The notes under the pieces are model-generated. The model had not been told where the DNA came from and did not search any database. It saw nothing but the letters and a program-made list of their open reading frames with translations. From assembly GCF_006345805.1 (NCBI RefSeq), contig NC_043007.1:48732001-48796000 (forward strand): 64,000 bases of DNA. The letters run 5' to 3'. The position numbers and the translations under genes are program-made. The stretch's first letter is position 1; each line of letters begins with the position of its first letter. Below, piece by piece: positions 25,759-36,479 of the stretch. The DNA is from Octopus sinensis. Taxonomy: Eukaryota.

Positions 25759-26280
25759 TGCCGTAAATCCTCGAGTATAATCCGCCCTTGAGTATAATAT
25801 GCAAGGGATTTTTAGGGAACTGTACCGCTAAAAAGCTAAACCTTGTGTATAATACGCATCCCTTCTCTAACTTGAGTCATGCGTAATTAAGCCAGCAGCA
25901 CCTAGTCGAACAGACACTTCCACGCATGCATAATACATTAATGGTGATGTTCTTAACTGTTATATGGGAATGTAAATATGTTTGCAAATTGTTTTTGTTA
26001 CATGTTACTCTGTGTTCTGAATATTTTTATTATAATAAATGTTGCTTACTGCAAGTTATGGATGATTCTTTTATGACTTCATTGCTTTCAGGTTTAGCTT
26101 AAAGTATTTTCATGCCTGACATCACAAAATGCGTCTGAATAAACATTGCCAGACAGCAAATAGAGACTCGGACATTACTTAGAAAATATTTTTAATTTTT
26201 AACCTCGTATATAGTATGCACTAGGGATTTTGAACTTTAAATTTTGGGAAAAAAATGCAGATTATACTCGAGGATGATTT
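25759..26280. mobile_element. Non-autonomous Tc1/mariner-superfamily MITE (Tc2/pogo-like ends)
   Basis: Inverted termini ATCCTCGAGTATAATCCGC / GCAGATTATACTCGAGGAT in TA-rich flanks, with no ORF. The family assignment is from recalled TIR style. Confidence 0.6.
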
Positions 26281-26311
<31 letters not shown>

Positions 26312-26696
26312 AATACATGCATTCATACATCTACTCAACTATTTGCTTGACTGATTGCTGGACATTTGCTAAACTGGTTGTTAGCTTTCCACTAGACTGG
26401 GTGTTCATTGGACTGGGTTTATAAGTGTTCATTAGACTGGTTTCTAGCCATTCACTAGATTGATAGTGTTCACTACATTGGTTGCTCTATGCACACATTC
26501 ACGCACGCAAACTTCTACATAGTTTGTCTGAACTAATTTCATCTCAGGTACCACTCAGTGGGACTGAACTCAGAATTCCATGGCTTTGTAGTGAACTTCT
26601 TAATCACACTACCACACTTATACCCATGATAAAAAGATCAATGAATGTATCTGACATTGAAGTGTAACAGTAACATATTTTATTGGTTTTTTACAG

Positions 26697-26812
26697 GGAT
26701 GCTGCCCATCGAATCCATCCATTGGCTGGTCAAGGAGTGAACCTTGGTTTTGCTGATGTTACTTGTCTTTCTGACAAATTACTGGAAGCAGTAAATCAAG
26801 GCAGTGATTTAG
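26697..26812 (+). CDS. COQ6: COQ6 coding exon (FAD-binding GDAAH motif)
   Basis: ttacag|G GAT...TTA G|gtacct, 116 bp, phase 2/1. [38 protein letters not shown]. Confidence 0.97.
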
Positions 26813-28399
26813 GTACCTTTGTTTCTTTCTTTTTGATCTTTTGTTCATTTATTGTGATTAGGTGCAAACATGGCTTGGTTTAGGCGTGGTTGTGGGATTA
26901 AGAAGCTTGCTTTCAGGTTCAGTCCCACTGCACATCTTGGGCAAGTGCCTTCTACTATAACCCCAAGCTGACTATATTCTTGGGAGTTAATATACATATG
27001 TGTGTGTAAAGCAGCAAGCTGGTAGAATCATTAGCATGCCAAACAAAATGCTTAGCAGTATTTTGTGTCTTTACATTCTGAGTTCAGATTCCACTGAGGT
27101 TGATTTTGCCTTTCATCCTTTATGGGTCAATAAAATAAGTACCAGTTTAACACTGGAGTTGATGTAATCAACTTACCCCTCCCCTAAAATTGCTGGCTTT
27201 GTGTCAAAATTTGAAATCAGTATGTGTGTGTGTGTTTGTATGTGTACACTCATGTCTTGACATGGATACTCACACACACAACCCATTGTCATACAAGCAA
27301 TGTTGTTTGTTTCCATGAAGCATATATCTGGCCATAGGGAAATATTACTTTACTTGAAAATAGATAAGGATAAGAATAGACAGGAAGGGCATTCTGTTGT
27401 AGAAAATCTCCCTCCATCTGACCCATGTAAGCATGAAATGATGACAGTGATTTTCTATGCTAGCATGGGTTAGATGAGCATATTACTTAAGTATTCCTGT
27501 ACAACTGGATACCCTTCCTATCACTAACCTTTACCTGTTCTACAAGGAAGGGATATCTCATTCTGTATTTGAAGGTGCAAAGCTAGTAAATCATGTGTTG
27601 ACAAGGTAAACTACAGCAACATCATTACTTCTTACTCACTGATTTTTTGGTGAAGCACAGATATACACATACACATGTGCACATATGTACACACATATAC
27701 ACAAGTGTATATGTGTCAGCATCATTTTATGTCCAGTTTCCATGCCTGCATTAGGTGGATATTTTGACAGGATGCAAAAGATCAGAGGATCATATCTTGC
27801 TCTAATGTTGCTACTATTTTGGCATGATTTCTGTGGTTGGATGCGTTTCCTAATGCTAACCACTTTATACAGTGTGCTTTTGTCATGGCATCTATATTAG
27901 TGTGGTCACCAAGTAACTTGCAAGACTGAAGAACCTATTGACTGAGGGAAAGGATAGGAGATAGGATGGTCTCTTTTAGCAAGGTGATGATAGGCTTAAA
28001 TATGATGGGGAGGCAGAGGGGGACATGTTTACTGTTTGTAGTGGAAATTCACGGCTACCTAATATTTTACAAGGGTGCATGGGGATGGCTGGAGCAGAGC
28101 TCAACAAGTGGTAAATAGAGTGATGATGAGGTGCCAGAACATGCACTTATTCTAACATGTCCAAAAGATGTGGAACAGAACAGTCAAGGGCAGTGGGTGT
28201 GCAAGGTTAAAAGAGCATTAGAAGAGAGTGAAGCAGATATAAACATGAGGTGGAGGAGGTCAGATGTGTTTAAGAGGTGTGAATGTAGTGACTAGTGAAC
28301 TGGAGTGGGGGTGATCAAAATGAGTAGGATACTCTACGAATAAAAGATGGATGTTGATTTTGTGTGTGTGTGTTTCTATCCAAATGAGTATTCATATAT

Positions 28400-29860
28400 T
28401 AAATAATAATAATGATGAAATTTTTGTATACAGTGCTCAGGTGCACCACAACTTGTCAGAAAGTGCATATAAAGTACATGCAGTATTGTAAAAATGTCTG
28501 GAAAGCGAACAATGTATGAGTCAGATACATGCTTGTGTGTGTATGGAGGGGAGAAAATCAGGTGTAGTGTTGGCGAATCTCAGAAAGCATGGAAGTTTTG
28601 AAGGATGCAGTGCTCCGACAACTAACAACTGATGCCGGCAGTTTGTTCCAGGCTTCAGCAACTCTCAGCGTGAAAAAATGTTTCCTGAAGTCATGGGAGC
28701 TGTGCTGTTTTCTGACTTTGTAAATATGTCCACAGGTGTTAGATGGGTGGAGTTTGAAAAGGTGCTCAGAGTTATTGTTTGTAAGATGGTTAATAATTTT
28801 ATGGGTGTCTGCCAAGTCAGCTGCCAGACGTCGGAGTTTCAATGTGTCCATGCCCAGGGAAGTAAGGCGTTCAGGATATGGCAAATGCCTGATGGAGGGT
28901 ATTCTTTTGGTTGCACGTCGCTGAATGGCTTCCAGACGATTGATATCCTGGGCAAGATAGGGGTTCCATACTGGTGATACAAATTCCAGGTGAGGTTTTA
29001 CCATAGCTATATAAAGCCGCAGATAGATAGCCGGAGAGCGGCTCACAAAGGATTTGGTGAGTGATGCCAAGACACCCTCAGCCTTCTTGACAATTTTAGC
29101 GATGTGTTTTGTCCAACGCAAATCACTGTCGACAATAACACCCAGGTCATGTTCACACGAAGACTTTTTGAGACTAGTATTGTGGAGGGAGTAGGTGGAC
29201 GCTGGGTTTCTCCTCCCAAAATGCATGGTGGTACATTTGCCCACAGCCAGCTTTAGTTGCCAGTCCATGATCCACTGCTGCATTGTGTCCAGGTCTGCTT
29301 GCAATAGGGATCTATAGTGTACAGGATTTGACCTCTTTATTTCGAGGTACAGCTTGATGTCATCTGCATATTTCAGCACTGTGGCATTCTTTAAGTTGGC
29401 ATCAATGTCATTAACATATGCAACAGATAAAAGGGGTCCAAGAACAGATCCCTGTGGTACACCAGATGCCATCTCATAGGGCGAAGAGTGCTGTCCTAGA
29501 ACTGTGACAACCTCTTTTCGGCCGAAAATAAAAGACTTCAACCAGTTATAGAGTTCGTCTCTTACACCCAACACAGAAAGCTTCACCATAAGTCTTTTGT
29601 GTGGCACAGAGTTAAAAGCCTTAGCAAAGTCCAGGTAAACAACATCCACCTAGGATCCGCGATCAGTGATTTGGGTAACGTCCTCAAGAAACTCGATGAG
29701 TTGATTACAGCAGCTGGAGTTAGGAATAAATCTGAATTGTGACGGCTGGATGAGGCTGTGAGACTTCCAGAAGTTCCAGAGGGTTTCTCTGAAACAGGAT
29801 TCCATCAGTTTGGCAATGCAGCTTGTAAGACTGACGGGGCGATAGTTATGTCAAGCTTTG
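28400..29860 (-). mobile_element. CR1/L2-group LINE, 5'-truncated; 363-codon open RT segment at 28558-29649
   Basis: NYRPVSLTS, DVVYLDFAKAF, GVPQGSVLGPLL, KYADD, LYIAMVKPHLE and LEAIQRRATK motifs; (ATT)n tail on the element strand at about 28401-28418; in-frame stop at 29650-29652. Confidence 0.92.
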
Positions 29861-29961
29861 TATGGACTTTGAGACCCAATTCCAAAAATGAATTATCACA
29901 CACACTCTTGAAAGTTTATAAATTCTTATGATACCTAATATATATATGTGTGTGTGTCAGA

Positions 29962-30149
29962 CGCCATGATAGAGCGTTAGCCACTACACACATTTTTTTC
30001 TCTCCTTGTTTTTTCTGTGTACCTTTCTGTAGAAGAGCGTAGGCTCGAAACGTAAAAGACTTTTTCTATTCCTGAGCGTTATACTAATACATCTGTTTGT
30101 TTTGTACACCACCTGTCTTCGCCTTTTGTTTTTTTACGTAAACTTTCCC
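29962..30149 (+). mobile_element. Short PLE-tail-like repeat with hammerhead-like motif (second copy at 61457-61642)
   Basis: Two about 190-bp near-identical dispersed copies, both ending at (TA)n. Contains CTTT-CTGTAGA-A-GAGC gtag GCTC-GAAA-CGTA-AAAG. Confidence 0.6.
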
Positions 30150-30379
30150 TATATATATATATATAAGCATTAATAAATCTCCGAACGAGATATAAACAGT
30201 AACCGCTCGACAACATAAAGTGTACTAGCCATCTGAATGTGGCTAGCCACTGGGGGTGGGGTGTTACTGACGCTTTTATCCCCAGGAGATCGACGTCTCC
30301 AGCTGGCCTTAGACACAATTTCAGTGCCCTTGTGTTATTTGCAAAGGGAGGTCATCCTCCCTCGAAAACCTAAGTGATA

Positions 30380-30424
30380 CATATGGACTATAGTTTCAAG
30401 GTTTTTGCCTCTCGTCAACGCATG
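30380..30424 (-). ncRNA. Minimal type I hammerhead ribozyme motif (inverted copy)
   Basis: Reverse complement reads CATGCG TTGACGA GAGG CAAAAA CCTT GAAA CTATAG TC CATATG, with one mismatch in stem I. Confidence 0.65.
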
Positions 30425-30813
30425 GTAAACACCGGTTTTCAATGAAGGAGACCTTTGCAAATAATATTTAACGTTGGCAAAAACCTTGAAACTATAGTCC
30501 GCATGTATCACTTAGGTTTTCGAGGGAGGATGACCTCCCTTTGCAAATAACACACGGGCACTGAAATTGTGTCTAAGGCCAGCTGGAGACGTCGATCTCC
30601 TGGGGCTAAAAGCGTCAGTAACACCCCACCCCCAGTGGCTAGCCACATTCAGATGGCTAGTACACTTTACGTTGTCGAGCGGTTACTGTTTATATCTCGT
30701 TCGGAGATTTATTAATGCTTTCAGACAGTTTTTCTAAATCAGTGACTGTGGTTGCTGGGAAAAACGTTACATATTATTTGCAAAGGTCTCCTTCATCGTA
30801 AACCGGTGTTTAC

Positions 30814-30858
30814 CATGCGTTGACGAGAGGCAAAAACCTTGAAACTATAGTCCGTATG
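30814..30858 (+). ncRNA. Minimal type I hammerhead ribozyme motif
   Basis: CATGCG (stem I) - TTGACGA (core, C3>U) - GAGG caaaaa CCTT (stem II) - GAAA - CTATAG T (stem III, palindrome ACTATAGT) - C (GUC cleavage triplet) - CGTATG (stem I'). Every element is in the correct order; activity is untested. Confidence 0.75.
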
Positions 30859-31025
30859 TATCACTTAGGTTTTCGAGGGAGGATGACCTCCCTTTGCAAA
30901 TAACACAAGGGCACTGAAATTGTTTTCTAAGGCCAGCTGGAGACGTCTATCTCTTGGGGCTAAAAGCGTCAGTAACACCCCACCCCCAGTGGCTAGCCAC
31001 ATTCAGATGGCTAGTACACTTTACG

Positions 31026-31065
<40 letters not shown>

Positions 31066-32346
31066 AATTCGATGACAGCACCGCATGACTGGCATCCATG
31101 GTAGTGGAGCGCTAAGAGCACCATCTGAATGTGTGTGTGTGTGTGTATGTATGTATGCATGGATGCATGCATGTATATGTATGTATATATGCTTATGGCA
31201 GATGTCCTTCAGTTTGTCTACAAAATCCACTCTCAAAAAGCTGTTGCTAACTTGAAGCTTTAGTAGCAGACACTTGATCAAAGTGCCACACAGTGGGACT
31301 GAATATAAAACCACATGGTTGTGATGCAAACTTCTCAACCACACAGCCAGATTTACTAATTAATTAAATATTTATTCCAGTTGGATGATTAGTTTGATAG
31401 AATCAGTAGAGTATCAAACAAAATGCATTCCAGTGTTTAGTTCCATTCCTTCAAGTTCTAACACCAGTGATGTCCACTTTACCTCAGGTTAACCCAATAA
31501 AGTAGGCCTGTGATCACAGTCACTCCAGCCATACAATATCTTCTATGAGAGTACGTCTTGGACAACATTATCCGATGTGTCTTTTTATATAACAATAAGG
31601 TAGGGTTTACAAAAGATTCAGTTGGTATTTTTAGCAGGTTGAAAGAAGTTCCTTCATTAGTTCTTGTATGTTTGTGTATTTATATGTTGTGGTCGTGTAG
31701 CCACATACAAGCACTAGTTTGCAGTGGTACAGGTTCAATTCTTAGTGAAGCCAAGTTCATGTCATATACTTGTTACAATTTCCAAGTCATTCCATCCTGG
31801 ATTCCTACCAAAATGGCTTGTAGCACTCACACAACCTCTAGAACATGTCATCCAAGAAGCTATTAATGCCAGAGCACCTGACACAATCTCATACGGTAAA
31901 ACACAACATGTGTCTTCTTGGTCATACTGGTAGAGGGAAACTAGTACCAGAAATGGAGTGAAAGTGAGTGACAGTTGAAGACACTGAATGCAGGGGAACT
32001 GTAGTGGAAATTTTTCTCTGAAGTCACTGCAAATTTTATTGTAAATGATATTTACTTTAATAATTTCACATACATGCACACACATATATATAAATATATA
32101 TGAAATTAAGTATTAAACACATTTATAAATCATATATATATATATAAGCTTTTACCTGGTTCAGTCATTAGACTGAGGGCTATGCTGGGGCAGCACCTTG
32201 AAAATTTTTAATTGAATGAATTAACCCATTCTTATTTTTTAAGCCTGGTGCTTATTTTCTTCTCTTTTGCTGAACTGCTAAATTACCAGGACAAACACAG
32301 ACACAAAGACACACACACACATGTGTATATATATGTATACATATAT

Positions 32347-33590
32347 ATGTATAGAAATTAAATATAAAATATAAATTACAAAGTGGGACAAGAACACAAA
32401 AACACACAAAGAGACGACACAAAAAAAAAAAAACAGACGGGTCACTCGAAGCCTCTAATCTTCAGTCGGGAACCGGATCATCTTAGCAATTTCGGCTGTT
32501 TAATCTCGATATCGCTCCGAACCGGCCAGCCCCAAGGAAAAACTAAGCCACAGGCATTAGATTTCTTGGAAAGATGATCGAATGTATACGAAACAAAGAC
32601 CGGATGCCACACGAATATAAATACAAGAAACAAAAAATAGAAAAAAAAACAAGAATGGTAAGCAGGCGCAGGAGTGGCTATGTGGTAAGTAGCTTGCTAA
32701 CCAACCACATGGTTCCGGGTTCAGTCCCACTGCGTGGCATCTTGGGCAAGTGTCTTCTGCTATAGCCCCGGGCCGACCAATGCCTTGTGAGTGGATTTGG
32801 TAGACGGAAACTGAAAGAAGCCTGTCGTATATATGTATATATATATATGTATACATGTGTGTGTTTGTGTGTCTGTGTTTGTCCCCATAGCATTGCTTGA
32901 CAACCGATGCTGGTGTGTTTATGTCCCCGTTACTTAGCGGTTCGGCAAAAGAGACCGATAGAATAAGTACTGGGCTTACAAAAGAATAAGTCCCGGGGTC
33001 GATTTGCTCGACTAAAAGGCGGTGCTCCAGCATGGCCGCAGTCAAATGACTGAAACAAGTAAAAGAGTAAAGAGGACAAAAACAGCGGGTGTCTTACGAC
33101 TTTAGACAATTTTTAACTTATCTTGGCTGGCATATTTGAAAAATGCCTTTGCAGCAAACGAAAACAAACGTTAACATGGCAGCGGTCAAGCCGAAAAGAC
33201 CAGTTTGAAGGCGGTCACGTGAGAGCATGGAAGAAAGAGAATGAAAAAGAAAAGCAGGGAGCAAGGAATCAAAGAGAGAGAGAAAGAAAGGGACGAAGGC
33301 ACCAGGGGGGAGAGAGAGAGAGAAACAAGGAATCAAAGAGGGGAGAAGAAACAGGATTGGCTTAGCAATAGAAATGACGGTGCAAATGAGAATGGGGGAA
33401 GAATCAGAGGCAAGGAAAGAGAAAGACACAGACTATAGAGAGAGTGTGTGTAAAGACGTCGTACAAGGTAAAATGTGTATACATAGGAGATAGGGGTACG
33501 TTACGCCGCAATAATATATGTATAGAAATTAAATATAAAATATAAATTGCAAAGTGGGACAAGAACGCAAAAACACACAAAAAGACGACA
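32347..33590. mobile_element. Non-coding element bounded by 73-bp direct repeats, interrupted by a SINE
   Basis: 32347-32419 and 33518-33590 differ at 3 positions. Flanks are (TA)/(TG), the interior is CpG-rich, and no convincing ORF is present. Confidence 0.6.
32664..33072 (+). mobile_element. tRNA-derived SINE family A (CORE-like), near-intact copy
   Basis: A-box-like TGGCTATGTGG, B-box-like GGTTCAGTCCC, CTTGGGCAAGTG core start and an internal (TA)/(TG) tract. Other copies lie at about 484-900, 4510-4690, 9013-9460, 9520-9650, 26875-26990, 31200-31345(-), 33670-34000, 37600-37800(-) and 50200-50520(-). Confidence 0.85.
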
Positions 33591-34423
33591 TGTGTGTGTG
33601 TGATATATATGTGTGTGTATATATATATATATAATTTCTGTCTGCCAAATCTACTCATAAAGCCTTGTTGAGCCCAAGGTAAGAAGTTTGCTGCTCAACC
33701 ACATGGTTCTGGGTTCAGTCCTACTGCATGGCACTTTGGATAAGTGTCTTTTACTATAGCCCGAGGCAATCCAAAGCCCTGTGATTGGATTTGATGGACG
33801 GAAACTAAAAGAAGCCCATTGTATATATACTTATGTGTTTGTGTCTCTGTTTATCCTCCATCACTACTTTGTGTACATCCTCATAACTTAGTGGTTTGGC
33901 AGAGGAGACTGTTCGAATAAGTACTAGGCTTAAAATAGAAGTACTATGGTCAACTCGTACAATTATTACATGGCTGCAATCTAGTGACTGAAATAAAAGA
34001 TAAAAGGTAATATATAAATATATATATTCTGTTACACATGCACACAGAGGCATAGATAGGCACCTTAAGCAAGTGTCTTCTACTATACCCCAGGTTTGAT
34101 GAACACCTTGTAAGTAGATTTGATTGATGGAAACTGAAATACTGCGAGGCTCTAACAATTCTGCCTGTCCACTGTCCTTGCTACATTAATACTTACAGGG
34201 CATTTTCAAATCTCTCTCACACACACACAATGTACAATGTTTCCTGTATTTAAGTTTCCCACTAAACATGTTAGTATGCCCCAAGTTATTATTAATTACT
34301 AGATGTCCATTACTAATTAATCATCTAACCAATAGTAAAGATGACTTTCACTTGGTTCAAACTTCTTTCAATTGTTTTACATTCAGTTATTCATCCTGCC
34401 ATGCTATTTGTGTCATTCTGTAG

Positions 34424-34590
34424 GCTCTTTAAACCATCTGTTGTCATATGAATCACAACGCCAAAGAGATGTTTTGCCTATTGTTGCCGCTATAGATGGT
34501 CTACAAAAGCTGTATGGAACACATTTCAGTCCATTAGTGGTCCTCAGAACACTTGGTTTGCAGGCAACCAATTCCAGTACATTCATCAAG
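34424..34590 (+). CDS. COQ6: COQ6 coding exon
   Basis: ctgtag|GC TCT...AAG|gtgatt, 167 bp, phase 1/0. SLNHLLSYESQRQRDVLPIVAAIDGLQKLYGTHFSPLVVLRTLGLQATNSSTFIK. Confidence 0.96.
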
Positions 34591-35097
34591 GTGATTTTCT
34601 GTTTTCCCTCTTTTTAGACGTAGTCACTGTCATCTTCATCATCAATTCATCATCATCATCATTATCGTTATCATCATCATCATTGTCATCATCACTAGCA
34701 ATATCATTATTACAAGTGAAATTGAGAGTAATTTCACGTGCTACAAAGAGCCACCAAATACCCCTAAAATTACAGCTTACCATCTTAGAACAGGAAGGAC
34801 ATGTATAGCCTGGATAATATGATCCTAGACACATTACACCTAAAAATAAAATGGGATAATTACATATTCAACACATTTGATCGGAGGTCTGCTCATTCAA
34901 TACTGATGTGGGGCTAAATAACAGCAGCACAGATGAAGTTGCAGAATTGTGAGAGTGTCAGAAAAATGCCTTGCAGTAATGAGTTCAAATCCTATGAAGC
35001 TCAAGTTTGCCATTCATTCTTCCAGCCTTGTGCCTAAATTAGAAATTACTGTTGTTATTACTAGCAGAAATACTATCCCCTGCCTAGTTTTCTGCTA

Positions 35098-35138
<41 letters not shown>

Positions 35139-35149
35139 CACACATATGT

Positions 35150-35670
35150 ATAGTGACCGAGACCTTTGGAAGTATGCTGTGCGTGAGAAGACCCGGCTGG
35201 ACAAGTGAGACTATAACCCATGGCCTCTACCTGGGATGCAACCAGTCCACTTATGCATACCTTTCCTTCTTGGGACACAAAACTCTACTTGCGAAGACCT
35301 GTTGAGGTAAGTGAAATCGAAATCAAAATCAATGGAAATTGTAGTTGTGATACCAATGCCGGTGGCACGTAAGAGAACCATCTGAATATGGCCGTTGCCA
35401 GCGCAGCCCCGACTGGCCTCCGTGTCGGTGGCACGTAAAAAGCACCATCCAATCATGGCCATTGCCAGCCTCATATGGCACCTGTGCCGGTGGCACGTAA
35501 AAAGCACCCACTACACTCATGGAGTGGCTGGTGTTAGGAAGGGCATCCAGCTGTAGAAACACTACCAGATCAGACTGGGCCTGGTGCAGCCTTCTGGCTT
35601 CCCAGACCCCAGTTGAACCGTCCAACCCATGCTAGCATGGAAAGCGGACGTTTAACGATGATGATGATGA
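35150..35670 (+). mobile_element. RTE 3' end including the last coding bases and the full 3' UTR
   Basis: Begins GACCGAGACCTTTGGAAGTATGCTGTGCGTGAGAAGACC (RTE ORF end, compare 18490-18535), followed by subrepeats and a (GAT)n tail. Confidence 0.82.
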
Positions 35671-36405
35671 TATATCTTTTATTTTTAATTTGTTTCAGTA
35701 ATTAGACTGCAGCCATGCTGGAGCACCACCTTGAATAAGCTCCATTTTTCCTTTCACCATTGTGAAAACAGGCACTAGTCAGAGTCTTGGCTGCTAATGT
35801 TCTTCGTCAGGGTCACCAATTGTAGGAAGTGAGGTTGGCACTGGATTGGTGCCTCACAATTCCTTACATAGTCGTGGAAAGGAAAATAACAGGAACAAGA
35901 ATCTCTGAACAAATAACAATATTTATTTTTCTGTCTGTACAAGCGTTACATCTCTGGACAATCAGTAGCCAGTTCGCTGAAGTGTGGAAACAGCAGAGTC
36001 AGTTTAATCACAATTGTGAAGGCATTCTTCACAGATTCGCGAAAGTCATGGATTGCCTTCAGAATTCCAGCTCCACGGAGCTGGTCTAAGTTGGTCTAGC
36101 TGCTGCTGGTGACTGTGCATATGCATAAGGGGCTTCCGGAAGGCTCTAATCCCTGCCCATGCATGGATGAAAATCCCAAAGCAGCATTTGAAACCAGGTG
36201 TCACTACAAATTTTTAATCGAATAATTTGAACCCAGTACCTTTTTTTTAAAGCCACATACTTATTCTATCAGTCTCTTTTGCTGAATCACTAAGTTATGT
36301 GGACATAAACACACCAACAATAGTTGTCAAGTAGTGCCTCAGTTACAAATCTTCCTCCTCCTCCTCCTTCTTGTTCATTTATTTATTATTTCTTTTTTTT
36401 TTCAG

Positions 36406-36438
36406 GATAAATTCATCCAGACAGCAACTCATTCCTAG
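36406..36438 (+). CDS. COQ6: COQ6 terminal coding exon
   Basis: Strong polypyrimidine tract, ttcag|GAT AAA TTC ATC CAG ACA GCA ACT CAT TCC TAG = DKFIQTATHS*. Length matches the short COQ6 C-terminus (EQIMAFASK-like). The nine exons sum to 1059 nt = 353 codons. Confidence 0.85.
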   Translation, partial: DKFIQTATHS

Positions 36439-36479
36439 TGAAAACTATTTTAGAGTGATTTCAACTTCAAATATCTTGG

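Larger units (their letters stand above)
30165..31027. mobile_element. Retrozyme-like non-coding element: inverted copy plus about 1.6 head-to-tail copies of a 353-bp monomer, in (TA)n
   Basis: 30165-30409 pairs with 30476-30720 (245 bp, 5 mismatches by eye). 30476 onward repeats at 30829 onward (period 353). The element carries hammerhead motifs and is flanked by (TA)n on both sides. Confidence 0.7.

Noticed and set aside
30989-31015. Palindrome GTGGCTAGCCAC followed by CTAG|T, like a Helitron 3' end
   Set aside because: The repeated unit continues well beyond CTAG in the other copies and no matching A|TC 5' end is seen. The hammerhead multimer explains the structure better.
32430-32560. 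Minus-strand GAAA and CTGAAGA motifs suggesting a type II hammerhead
   Set aside because: Stems I-III cannot be formed in the required register.
32664-32740. tRNA-like A/B boxes here and at other SINE heads
   Set aside because: No complete cloverleaf; they continue into SINE bodies, so they are not tRNA genes.
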